NCBI GenBank assembly: GCA_964187785.1
Contig: OZ076409.1
Location: 90,274,001 to 90,337,866, forward strand
DNA: 63,866 bases
Reading direction: 5' to 3'
DNA from: Amphiscolops sp. MND2022
Taxonomy: Eukaryota
Program-made: the position numbers and the translations under genes
Part shown: positions 46,982-59,002 of the stretch, one piece after another
Layout: the number at the start of each line of letters is the position of its first letter
Position numbering within the stretch: the stretch's first letter is position 1
Notes under the pieces: generated by a model
The model's input: only the letters and a program-made list of their open reading frames with translations
What the model was told of the DNA's origin: nothing
The model's database searches: none

Positions 46982-49900
46982 GGGGTCTTTGAGGTCAACC
47001 AAAAAAGTCCAAAAACCTCGACAAATACATACTCCATGATACTAATTTTACATCAGTTGAATTCTTTGGGTGAAACCCTTTAGCTTCTTGATATAAATTT
47101 AATTCTTAGCAAATTTTGTGAAAAAAAACCTTCTGATTTATAGATTTTCCTTTTCCATATGAAAAATGGACGGAAAACAACACTCGTTGATCTGACAGAA
47201 TTAAAACAGCGCAACGGGTAGAAAAACTAAGTGGAATGGAATATTTTTAATTAGAATTAGATCGTTTAGAAAATGTGCCAAAGGGGAAAAGACGGGTCGT
47301 CCGCATCAGAACACATTCATGACCAGAGATGGACACTTTCCTTATTCAACTTCTGGAAAAGGACAAGACTTGTTCCCTAAACCCACGGAGGGGGATTGAA
47401 GAATAGAGAAATAAGCATGTCAATCAGCTCAGACATCAAAGTACCTGGCTTCAGCAAACTACTTCAGAAACAACATTCATTCAGTCAGTGTACTGTACGT
47501 TTGATACAGCTAAATGCAGAAATGACTTACATTGAGTTTTGTTTGTGATATTTATTCACCTTCATAATTGAAGATCTCTTCAGTTTTCTTTTTGTCAGTA
47601 TATCACAGTTTGAATAAACAAAAGTTTGAATGAACAAACTGAATTTATTTTTGACACTTCTGTTGCAATTTCTGTCCAACGTGTGGATATTTTGCTGGGC
47701 ATTACTAAACAAAATTTTCAGAAATGAAAAGAATTTCTATACCTCATACTCTTCAAAACAAAAACGCAACTCAAAAACGCCGCATAGTGAGACTAGAAAG
47801 TACAAACTTTTGTTAGAAAATACTCTAAGAAACCCACAAAAGACATCTTTTTGTCTATTCCCGCCGTGTACTGAATTGCTGTACAATTTTTGAAACTTTC
47901 TGCGATGATGTACAGCGTTGAAAAAAGTTTTTTTGATTGCTTGTTTTTGTAGTAGGAAAATGCATAGAGTACAATAACAAAAAGTTTGACCACCAAACCT
48001 ACTCTCTTGTGAGAAACATACTCTTCTTTTTGTTCTACAAATCAAGGCTTGAAATGAATTGAAAGATGTAGGAGGAGCGTTAGGAACGTTTCGCAGATAG
48101 TATATTCCGGTGCAGCAAATATCCCAAGCTGTGAGGGCGTATCGTTTCTGAATGCGTTGAAACCGAATACATATTGAAAATTAACGACTTAATCGAGCGC
48201 GATACAAATGCCTAACTGGCTCTGAGAAAACTGGTCTCCCGGCTTCCCGTGACTGAAAAGACAATGAGTCCTCAGCTTTTGATTGAACAAGTTTTTTCTA
48301 GTGTTTTTATTCAGAAGCTGAAGTGTTGATATTTTTCCCAAATGGCCACCCTTAAATCTGTAATCCGAGAGCGGGAATGATTACGGCAGTTTCCGCAAAC
48401 CAGGCCTTGAAAAAATACGTGTTAATGTTTAATTATCAGGAAAACCTTCTGCAATAACCAGTTATGCTTCTCGGTGCAAAAGTAACTTCAGTAGATCAGC
48501 TTGGTATTTTTCAGGTTTGTTCGGCGCTGTGCCAATATTTCAGTAAGACTCCAGTGCTTCTGGGCTCCCATGGATTCTCGAATATCTAGTTGGACAACTA
48601 GTGTAAATGAGGGAATAAGACGAAATGTTTTTATCTTTATTTTTTTTCGGCATTTTGCGACGTTTTTCCTTTCACAACGTTGTTTCTTTTGCTTTTTCAA
48701 TGTTTCTTCTTCACAATTGAAAAAAAACGCGTTTGTGAAACCTACAAGGGGGGGTTCCGTTTTGTGTTTCTCTGAACTTTTGGAGTTTTTATTGGGAAAA
48801 ACTTTCCCATAGTTTGGTTTTTTGTTTAAAATTTAATATTGGAGAATAATCCAATTTTTGAAATGCCTCAAGATCTAGTACACAAAAGAACCGTCTTTGA
48901 TTCTTCTGCATTTCACCTTATTTGAAATTTTGAAAATTTGAATCGGAGGTTCACTCTCGATTTTTGTCATTGTGTGACATTTTTTCGAATTTTAAAAAAC
49001 TTCCCCAAAGTTACACTTTGGTTTTTGATGAAAAAAGTTCCATCTGAATTGTTGAAGTCAAATTTGTTTCGTTTAATTTGATAGACCTCACACTGAGTTC
49101 CTAATTTTTAGACAGACTGCATGCAACCAATCGATCCCCTCCAGGTTTTTTTAAAAAATCAACTCTCCAAAATGGTTTTCAATTCTCTGGAGAACCCTCT
49201 TCAATTGTTTTGCTGTTTCCAGTTAAGACCAAAATCATTTTGAACCGGAAGAATTCCTCTTGCGATGTTTTTGGACTGTGAAAATGTTCATTATCAGAAC
49301 ATAGAACTATCAGAAGACAATGTTGTCGCAGACGGCCGCCTGCGATGGGAATTGGTATACAATTGCATATGGATAGTGCAGGGCTTTACCCGGAACAATC
49401 CCATTAGATTGAGAAGGCACAGAGATTTGAGCCAGGAAGTCCGAAAGAACTACTATTAGAACTTTTGTGATGAAAACTGTTTTGTTTTATTATATTATGT
49501 AATTCCATACATTTGATAATAATATTGCTCTTAGTTATGCGATAAAACATGCAATTATACCTAGATGTGCTTTAAATTGGACACCAAGGCGTACAGGTAA
49601 AGGAAACGCGTTCAATGTGTTTCCTCTCACGTCAACGCAGACAAGCAGTCCAAATTAAAATCAACCAATCACAGGGCGCTATTTATTTATTTGCTGTGCT
49701 GTATTCATTCCCGTGCTGTATTCTAAATTAAGAGACTCAAAGGCCATATGCCGCCAAACTGACACTGCTTTTATACCAAACAAAGGCACGTGGACACTGA
49801 GTCCAAAATTGAATACAAGCTGGTGCGGATACTAGAGATAGCAGTGCGCTATTTTAGAAACGATGCTATTTTAGAAACGCTTTAATTAAAGTACATCTCT

Positions 49901-50163
49901 GAGATTACAAAAGGACTTCCAGTCCTTTCCCCCCCCCCCATCTTTGCTTCTTTCCCAAAATATCTTGGGTAAAGAATTAGATGAGTAATTTATGCCATGA
50001 AAAGCTGTAAATAATGACCCATGAGTCTGTGTACCATTTTGTGTGTACCTATTACATGTAATTAACATGAAATGTTCTACATGTAGTGTTGCTGATGAAA
50101 TACAATTCAATGACCTGAAGGGCCACATGAACAATCATGAAAGTAGTTGCTACATCTATATGC

Positions 50164-50167
<4 letters not shown>

Positions 50168-50251
<84 letters not shown>
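50168..50251. repeat. (AT)n microsatellite
   Basis: Direct inspection. Confidence 0.95.
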
Positions 50252-50252
<1 letters not shown>

Positions 50253-50550
50253 GTGTGTAAATGAATTACGTCATGGCAGTTACTATTTTTAGAAACATGT
50301 TATTACGTTTGAAAAGACACGTAGTCATACATGTCTATTTATAGAATGTTTGTTACTAAAATTAGACTGATGACTCTCAATATTATGCATGTCATGCAGG
50401 GTTAATTATAAATAACCGGGACCCGTGGTCCCGAGGATATAATTTTCCTACAAGAAGTCATAGTCAGTTCGTTGTTGAATAGTCGAATGAAATTCTGTTT
50501 GCAAGCCCAAAGATTCCAATTCAAATTCTTTACTCTTGCAATAATCTCTT

Positions 50551-51100
50551 ATGCCTTCTACCAGACGCCAGAAAGCAAAGGCTAGAAAATCTAGAGAGAT
50601 GGACATGTTGTCCGATATAGAAAATATGGACGTGAAGTTAGGAAATGGGAGTAGCAATCCCATAGAAAGAGAATTAACTGATGCTATTGAACAATCATCA
50701 GTACAGGGAGACGTGGAGTCGAATGAACTGTTGGGAAATCAGTATACTAGTTTTACTTATGAAAATAACCTTCCTAGGCAAGATGATATTAGACAATCCC
50801 TTGAGACCTTTTCAAATGAATTCAATCTTAGATTATCACAAGAAATAGACTCAATGATGTCCATGATGCATAGCCAAATAAATAGGGCTATCAGTAATGC
50901 CATTGCAGAAAGGGTTATTCCTGAAATCCAGAACATTATGAGTTCTATGTCCTCTTCAGGAAACAGGGACACTGAGGCCAGTGTATCGCCAAATAGCCAG
51001 GAAAACAGGGAAAGTTCATCCGGGTTTAAATCAAAATTTGCAAAGAAGGACTCACAGTCTGCATGTGATTTAAGAGATATTGCAGGTCGTAGTCATTACA
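50551..51100 (+). CDS. Truncated transposon-derived ORF (basic N-terminus plus helical region), unknown family
   Basis: MPSTRRQKAKARKSRE...; coding-like composition ends near CATTACA at 51100. Confidence 0.4.
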
Positions 51101-53006
51101 ACAGTCTTCAAGGGAAAATATATGATTCGAACGGGTATGTATGTACTCTCGATCGAAATTTCAAGAACATGTGTTTTCATTCAGAATGTTGGAAGATATA
51201 GTTCAAAATCATCCACACACGTTCTCAAAAAAATTTTAACTTCGGGAGCATTTGTAACAAAATCTTTTGATAGCTATTTCGAAGCTTTTTTGATAGCTAG
51301 TTTTCGTGGCAATTATTGTAATGCTCTAATTTTACGACGCCACCAAAATATGTACACAAAGTTATCAATTGAACAACATTCTTAAAACGATATTGAAACG
51401 CAATACGATATTGGAATTTTGTGGAAAGGAACCAGAGCCCCATGTGCAGTAAAAGAGAGTCGGCTTAGGTCCTTTTCCTTTTGATTCGCTCTAATCCTAG
51501 TCATACCATTTTGATGAAATCTCAAATATTGGGCCCTTATATGGTGTAGAAAGACTCCATAAAAAAACTTTTAAATCGTAAATTGTTTGGGAAAATCGAA
51601 AAAAGTCTAAAATTGGCCGTTTTTTGGTCAATTTTTGGCAAATTTTGGCTATGTTTCTCAGATCCCAGCTATACAATTTTGATGCCATTGCTCATATAGG
51701 TCTCTAATATGGTGTAGAATGACTGTAGAGAATTTCGTTTGAATCGTATGTACAATTTTTGGGAAAATGAAAAAAGTTCAAAAGTGGCTGCTTTTTGGTC
51801 ATTTTTGGGCTACTTTTGACTATGTTTCTCACATCCCAGTCATACGATTTTAATGCCATTGCGCACGCAGGAGCGCCTTTGGGTGTAAAATGACTGTGCA
51901 AAATTTTATGGAAATTGTATGGACAGTTTTTGAGAATTTTGTAATTTTCATTGAAAGGTCGGGAGAAAAATAAATGTCACGATTGCATAAGTAGACGAAA
52001 AGTGTTTCCGACTCCTAAAGACTCCCCAAGATGAAATATGAAATGATAACCACTGTTTGAGCCCCAAATCTGTTTCTCTGTTGAGGATTCCTGCAAACAC
52101 TTGGTCAGAGACAAACAAGCAGCCCAAGGTAAATGCCAGTACTGTCAACATTCTGGTGTGAGATTGTTGCGGAAATCAGCTGAAAAAAATGATCATTCAA
52201 TTCTTGTTGTCAATCGATGTTCTATATGAGAGAAGTTATTTCTCAAATTTCTAAACGATCTGCAAATTATTTTTAAAAGCAACAAATGAACTTTCTCCTT
52301 TCCGCCCACACGCGTAAAAAATTGAAAAAAAAGGTTGAACTCATTATTGTACGAAATAAATATTGTACAAAAAAAAACAATTTTTAGTTCCGACTTACCC
52401 AAAACGCAAAATTTCATGTGCGAAAGTTATGATAATAGCATAAATTAGAAGCTGATTAAATGCGTTCACGTGTGGTCATCAATACACAGAGTAAAAGAGA
52501 GTGATTTTGGAATTGTTAGGTAGTTAAACTTAGTAAAAGTCTCTGGGTAAAAAATTAGTTTTTTAAATTTCTGGGTGAAAAGAAAAGCAAACAACTGAGC
52601 AAACTCAACCCAGATTATATCTTTTTTGACCATTCAGTGCACATTGACCCGAAATATCATAGCTGTACTTTAAAGGTGCCTACATTTTTTCTAACTTCAG
52701 ATTGGTTTTGCCTGTAGTCCATATTCTTTAGCGCAGTTTTCATTTAACATCTTGTTTCTACCGTGCTGCTTGTTCTGAATGGCAAACTGAATTTTTCATT
52801 TTTTTATTAGCCAACGTGAATTTTTCTCCAAAGCTGAGAAAAATGGGCTTTTCTAGCATTTAAAATTGTTATACTTTCCCAAAATTCTCCTTTAGTCAAA
52901 ATCCACTTTTCCCAAAAGTCATCGACCCATAACGAAAGGCAACCTCATACAACAAGGCCTTGTGCAACAAAATCAAATGATATGCTGTTGTTGCTACAAG
53001 CCCTGG

Positions 53007-53395
53007 CTCTTTTATGCCCCCCACAACCATTTTTTTTTGGAAATTCAGTGGAAATATTATAACAAAGGCTTGAATACAAACCAGAAACCTTCAATTTTAA
53101 ATGTATTTCCAGAGTGACAGTTTGAAATTGAGATACAAACTTTGTTCACCCTATTTTTGCATATGAAGTCACGCATTCTTGGTAATGAAATCAACAGCTT
53201 GCTGTTTTGAGTGACAAAAAACAGTGAATAAGAACGTAATTATAGTCAAAATGTGTGAAAAATGTTCTGTTCAAAGAAAAAACGTTAACTTCCGGTTATG
53301 AAAGAATGTTTTACATTTAATTAGGCTAGTTTGAACTTTTTAAATAAATTTACTTTCAAAAAATTTTTGTGGTGGGGGAAAACAGAAAAGAGCCT
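53007..53395. mobile_element. MITE with GGCTCTTTT..CCCCC TIRs
   Basis: Own terminal inverted repeats; inverted sister copy at 54945-55356. Confidence 0.7.
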
Positions 53396-53468
53396 ATGTC
53401 AATTGGATTTAACTTCCTGTAACAAAGATTTAAAGGATTTTGTTTGCTAATGCCCTCCAGCCTATTGC

Positions 53469-54542
53469 CATCATTACGACGCATAACCCTACACTTTTTG
53501 TGCAGCTCAAAGTTGAGCCGCTTGAGCAGTGGAATCCTGGGCCAAGCTTTAAAACATACCAACCGCAAAGAGCGAAATTCGCTGCGTGGAATTCAGGGAC
53601 TAATACCGCAGTGTATAATTTCTCGCGATTTCAGTTGACGGTAAGGCGAAATCGCGGAATCCGCTGCATTGATCAGCTCGAAATCGTGGAATCCGCTGCT
53701 TACAGCGGATTCCGGGGCAGTGACAGCGGAATCCGGACCAGTACCAGCGGAATCCGGGGCAGTGACAGCGGATTCCGAAGACTAATGCAAGCAAGTGTTA
53801 AAATGTTTGTTTTGTGAAGCGGAATCCACTGACAGCTCTGCGTGACATCTGTTTCAAGTTGTATGACAGCGGAATCCGCAGATGAGTGCGGGCTAGTATA
53901 AAGCTTGCTGTATACATTTATTATTGTGTTTAATAGGGCGTATACAGTTTCTGGGTTTAGGATAAACAAGTCTCCTTGATGTATTATAGGCCTTCATGTA
54001 TGTGATCCACTGTTGTCTCTGGGATTAAGATTACTGTCTCCATTATGTATTCTACTATGGTCTCTGGGATTAAGATTACTGTCTCCATTATGTATTCTAC
54101 TATGGTTTCTGGGATTAGGATTACTGAGACAAATTAAAATCTGTATCATGTCTCTGTATTGCTCGTAATCTACTACTGTATTCTGTCGCAGCAGTGGATT
54201 CCACTGTTTTTTCCTCTACATTACCAAAGCTTGTCCTTGGAATCCGCTGTTTTTACGCTGTGTAATATTATGTGACCCCGGATTCCGGTACAGCGACTGC
54301 GGAATCCACTGCTGTCTAATATAATAATATATGCCTCTGAATGCCACCAAAAATTCAAGGTAAAGAGATTTGTCCCCGGAATCCAGAAAAAATTGCAAGC
54401 GGAATCCGCTGCACATGTTATAAAGTGTGTCTTTGAAATCCGTCATTTTAAACAGCGGATTCCAGGTCTGATAGGTGCTACCTGCGGTTAGCAGTCAATT
54501 CCGCAGTTTTCAAAAAGTGTAGGGATATGCGTCGTAATGATG
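53469..54542. mobile_element. Non-autonomous TIR element with many GCGGAATCCG/CGGATTCC motifs
   Basis: ~30-bp TIRs CATCATTACGACGCATA.CCCTACACTTTTTG. Confidence 0.7.
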
Positions 54543-54944
54543 AAAATTATCTGTACCCCAAAAAAATTACGCTCAAAATAGCCACCTACGCGGAAGTAAA
54601 TCGATTATCAAAACGGAGTGCTTGCATGTTGGCACGATGTAGTGAACAGAAAATAGTGATCATGTCAGTTAGCATGTGCTCAGATTCATTTCACACTTGT
54701 GTGAAGAAGAAAATGTGTTCATTGATTCGATAATGAAATTTGTCACGTATCCTGCATGAACAATTTCAGCCTGAGTTGTACTATTCACCATACAAAACTA
54801 ATCATCATGTAAAATGGCTGCCCAAAATGTAACAATAATCCGATTTCAAAGATTTCACAATTGAAAAAGCGAATTTGGAAAATGCTTGAAAGTAATTTTT
54901 GTATAAACTTGGTGCTGCGAGTAATCCGAAAAAGAGCCCAATTT

Positions 54945-55356
54945 GGCTCTTTTCTGTTTTCCCCCCCACCACCAAAATTTTTGGAAGTAAATTTCCCTAA
55001 AAACTTTAGACTAGCCTAATTAAAAGTAAATTCTTCTTTCATAATGGGAAGTTAACGTCTATTGGAATAGTGTTTTGCTTTAACAAAACATTGTTCACGC
55101 TTTTTGACTATAATTGTGTTCGTATTAAACGTTTATTGATGACTCAAAACAGGAAGCTGATGACTTCTTCATCAAAAATGCGTGACTACATATTGAAAAA
55201 GTGTGAACAAAATTTGTATCTGAATCCTAAACTGTCGCATTAAGAATGAATGTAAATTTGAAGCTCTCTGGTTTGTATTCAAGTCTTTTTGTTATACGAT
55301 TTTCACTAATTTTCCAAAAAAAAATTTGGTGGTGGGGGGGAAAACAGAAAAGAGCC
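54945..55356. mobile_element. MITE, same family as 53007-53395, inverted
   Basis: TIRs GGCTCTTTTCTGTTT...AAACAGAAAAGAGCC. Confidence 0.7.
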
Positions 55357-56779
55357 CAGAAATTTTCCACACACTTTCACACACTTTTGGTTAAGGGTGT
55401 GCGACTGTGGACAATGTAGAATCAGGGGACGAAGATGTTAGAAAGAATTTGGGAGCAATCCCATCAGCGAAAGCTGTAAATCAACAACAACAACAACAAC
55501 AACAACAACACAGTAGGGAAAATGAAAAAGTGTTCAAACATTTTCATAGCCGGAGAGTGACATTGGCTTTTTGGCATAGTTCGAGTCGATTTCCATCTTG
55601 GCTGGAAGACGGTTGAGAAGTTTTTTCTTCCCCCACACTTTTCAAGATACTGTTTTTGCAATTAATTATATCTCAATTAAAGAAAACGAACTCAACATAA
55701 AGAATTTCATATGACGATATCATTCAATATTTCTCCAAATAAGTCTTTTCCATTGTTTTGTTGTCTCCACATAAAAAGTGTGGGGAAAAGGAAAAAGAGC
55801 CAAAGGCAACAAAAACATTCAAGACACGAAACGAAAAACATGTTTTCAACGGAAGAGTTTTTCAGATTCCAGGTTGTTTCAGCTTTTGCTCGCAAACTGT
55901 GTTAGTTGATATGTTTCATAATTGCAATTTCGAGTCCTTTTTGAAAACTTGATTATAAAATCTATAGAGCAACTTTTGAAAAATTATTTTAATACTATTT
56001 TTCAACTAGCTTTTGCTGAGCTCTCATATGACTAATGAGTCACATGTTAATTCAGAAAAATAGTGTTCTTAGAGAACAGGCCTCTTTGGTAAGAGCAAAG
56101 TAACAAGCTGCCATTTAAGCCCTGAGACATAAAGTTAGAAGTGAAAATTTTCAACTTACTTAGTTTTTGTGCAAAAGTTGATCGGAGGCTTTCGTTAAAG
56201 TTTTGAATTGTCAAAGTTTGACGTAATAATCAAAATTGGTGCTACGCAATTTGTGACTGGCGTGAAATGATTTAAACTTTTTGAATGAATGACTCAACTT
56301 TCATACAAGACTCAATGTATCTAAATTTTGTCCACGAACTCTTAACTTTAATAGTAGAGGTTGAACAAGAACGGAGATGCATGGGGAACGCCCCGTCTCA
56401 GGCTCAAAGGTGTGAGAAGTATTTTAGAGAAACAAATTCTCGAACTCTCACAGTTATTAAGAATAATCATTTTGAGCTTTAAAAAAACGTTTTGTAACCG
56501 AAAAGCCAAAAGAAGCGAAGCGAAACCCTTCTGTCAAGTTGAACGATTTTCTAAAATCGCACAGTGCCAAAAAACGCATAGTGCCAAGTAGAAGAAGTTG
56601 TCTGCTAACGGGATCTGGGATTCGATTTTTTAAAATGCCACTAGCTCGCTGTGAGCTTCAAAACGACACCATCGAGGAGCGTTCCCTGGCGGTAAAACAC
56701 CGTTGAGTTCTGTTGGAGTAGTAGAGTAAGACCTCGGAGTAGTAACACAAAGTGTAGATGGGAAATTTTCATAGGCGAG

Positions 56780-56990
56780 CAGCCAGGGACATGCCAGACA
56801 TTAGCTACCAAGACAGATTGAGAACATTAAATATACCACCCTTGAAGTACAGAAAATGATGCGGCAGGATGATCGATTTTCAAAATCCTGAATTACTGAA
56901 ATGACAGAATGGCTTCTGACGCTACTGAGAGGTTGTTTGAATTGAACGAGGGAGATCAGAAGAAACACTCATAAGCTAAAGACTAAGAAA
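56780..56990 (+). pseudogene. CR1/L2-like LINE 3' fragment
   Basis: SYQDRLRTLNIPPLKYR motif. Confidence 0.45.
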
Positions 56991-57023
56991 GTAATTGGTA
57001 ATACATGAGATCGATGTTGAAAA

Positions 57024-57260
57024 CTATTTTCTTTGAAACGGTTTCGAGTGTTCTGAGTGTTTAGTTGTCAAATGACGGACAATTCGTCCGACATAACAAG
57101 CGTTGCATCCTGGACATAGTATTTCGTGAAGGACTCGACTTTTAAAGCACTTTTTGAAAACCTTCTTACCGCTCGGGAGACACGATTTTAGTTTTGTCGT
57201 TGTAAAGATTGTACTAACCCCTTCGTGGAAAGTTGGCCAATTAGATGTTGTCTGATTGAT
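57024..57260 (-). pseudogene. Penelope-like GIY-YIG endonuclease fragment
   Basis: KLKSCL...RVLHEILCPGCNACYVG...RHLTT...EH. Confidence 0.65.
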
Positions 57261-57699
57261 ACAGTAAACAGTTCCCTCGACAAAATTCCGTTTGTATATC
57301 GTCGGGACCATTGCAGCTATTGAACACAAGATCATAGACTAGACAAAGGTAAAGGTAAAACGCTTTCCAATTTGGGCTTTTTGCGTCCACTTTTGGACTC
57401 CTTCGTAATTGTAACAGGGATATATCTTTGATGACCTGGCATTCCAGAGACGGAGTAGAGCCTCTGCTACCAACAGCTCCTGAGAAACGCAGTTAAATGC
57501 AGACTATTTATTTTTTTGTCTTCGTATTTTCGCAGACTTGCATATCACGTCGCAGTCGAACAGATCACACACTCTTATATCCGATGAGATGGAATCGTGT
57601 AACTCAAACTCACGACACGTGTAGTTAATATAGAGGTGATTTCTGTGACTATCAATGGCCCGGTTCAAAAACTTTTTTTTATGGGCAAAGGAAGTTGTA

Positions 57700-58780
57700 G
57701 TAGATGCCTTTGTTATCATATAATGCGTCGATTTGGTTTTTGAAGCTATTTATTTTGTCGCATGCTTGAACCTCAATAGGAAGGTTATTCCAATTCTTTA
57801 CAATTCCTGTTGGAAAAGATTGTTTTCTGAAGCTTTCTAATCAAATCTAGGGCACAGATTTGTTTCGTATGATCTAAGCCCAGTGGAGGTAACAACTCAC
57901 TTCACTTTGGTCTGTACCAGTCGAACGTTTGATTCGTAAATTGGTTTCAATGTTTTATAAGCCTCTATGTGGTCCCCGCGACAACTTCTTTACATTAAAG
58001 TGGGCAGCTCGATTCGCCTCGGCATTCCAGGGTATGTCAGGCATGTCAATTATGTAAGGTTTTTGTTGCTCTACTTTGTCCTTCTTTGGTCTTCAGTTCA
58101 CTTTTGCGGGGAGACGAAACCAGTACTCCATATTCCAAATATGGTGCAACAACTATTTGGACAGACGTGGAAAAATGCTGCGCCTAGGAACCAAAACTTT
58201 CTATTGACAATAACACACCTATTGGTGTTATGATCTTTTTTCAGAATGTGGGGTTCGTATGTGAGATCATTGTCAACAGTGACCTCAAACTGCTTTCCTT
58301 CCTTTTCATTGCAGAAAGTATGTCGTCACGTAGAGCACGTAACTACATTTTATCCTATTGGTCCGACGTCCAACTTGATACTTTTGTCCAGATTGAAACA
58401 ATCAGGCACGTATCGCTCTATTCTTCCAAGTTGTAAAGATCCTCCTTCATCTCTGCTTAGCTGTTGTTTGTTCACTGTAACAACTTGTTGTTTGTCACTC
58501 AAAAAGCGCTCAATTCATTATTGAACTCTTGATGTGGTATGCTTTCTGTTGTCCAAGGAGCTGGCGTTGATGAAAACTGTTGTCAATGCCTTACAAAAGT
58601 CCATAATTTTGACGTCGATGGAGTGCAGACGTCCAGACGTTTAGTAGTGATAGCAGCAGTAGAGGATTGCTTCCTTCGCTAACGATCCTGTAATGTCTGT
58701 CTGATAACAACAAGTTTTCACCTTTCGTTATATTCAATATGTGGTCTCTCCCAGGTGTTTCCATCGTTTTGCAAACAATT
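57700..58780 (-). pseudogene. Degraded LINE reverse-transcriptase region
   Basis: Scattered RT-like fragments (DFCKA, RPIG) with many stops. Confidence 0.4.
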
Positions 58781-59002
58781 GATGTGAGGCTTACGAGCCA
58801 GTAGTTGGAAGCAGGTTTTTTGCTTTTGTTGTTGTTGTATATGGCTATTACGCCGGTATTTTGCCATATAAAAGGATTTGTTTGATTATCAGCGATTTGT
58901 TGAAGAGGATTGTTAGACCATCTGCTATTCCGTCTGATAACTCATTCAGTTATTCCGGTGCATTTCATCGAGTCCCGATGTTGTATGTCTCGGGGGCTTC
59001 AA

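Noticed and set aside
49465..51100. Solo LTR around the 216-aa ORF
   Set aside because: TG and CA candidate ends found but no matching TSD or second LTR
55407..55616. PolyQ ORF
   Set aside because: Short (CAA)n microsatellite in non-coding context
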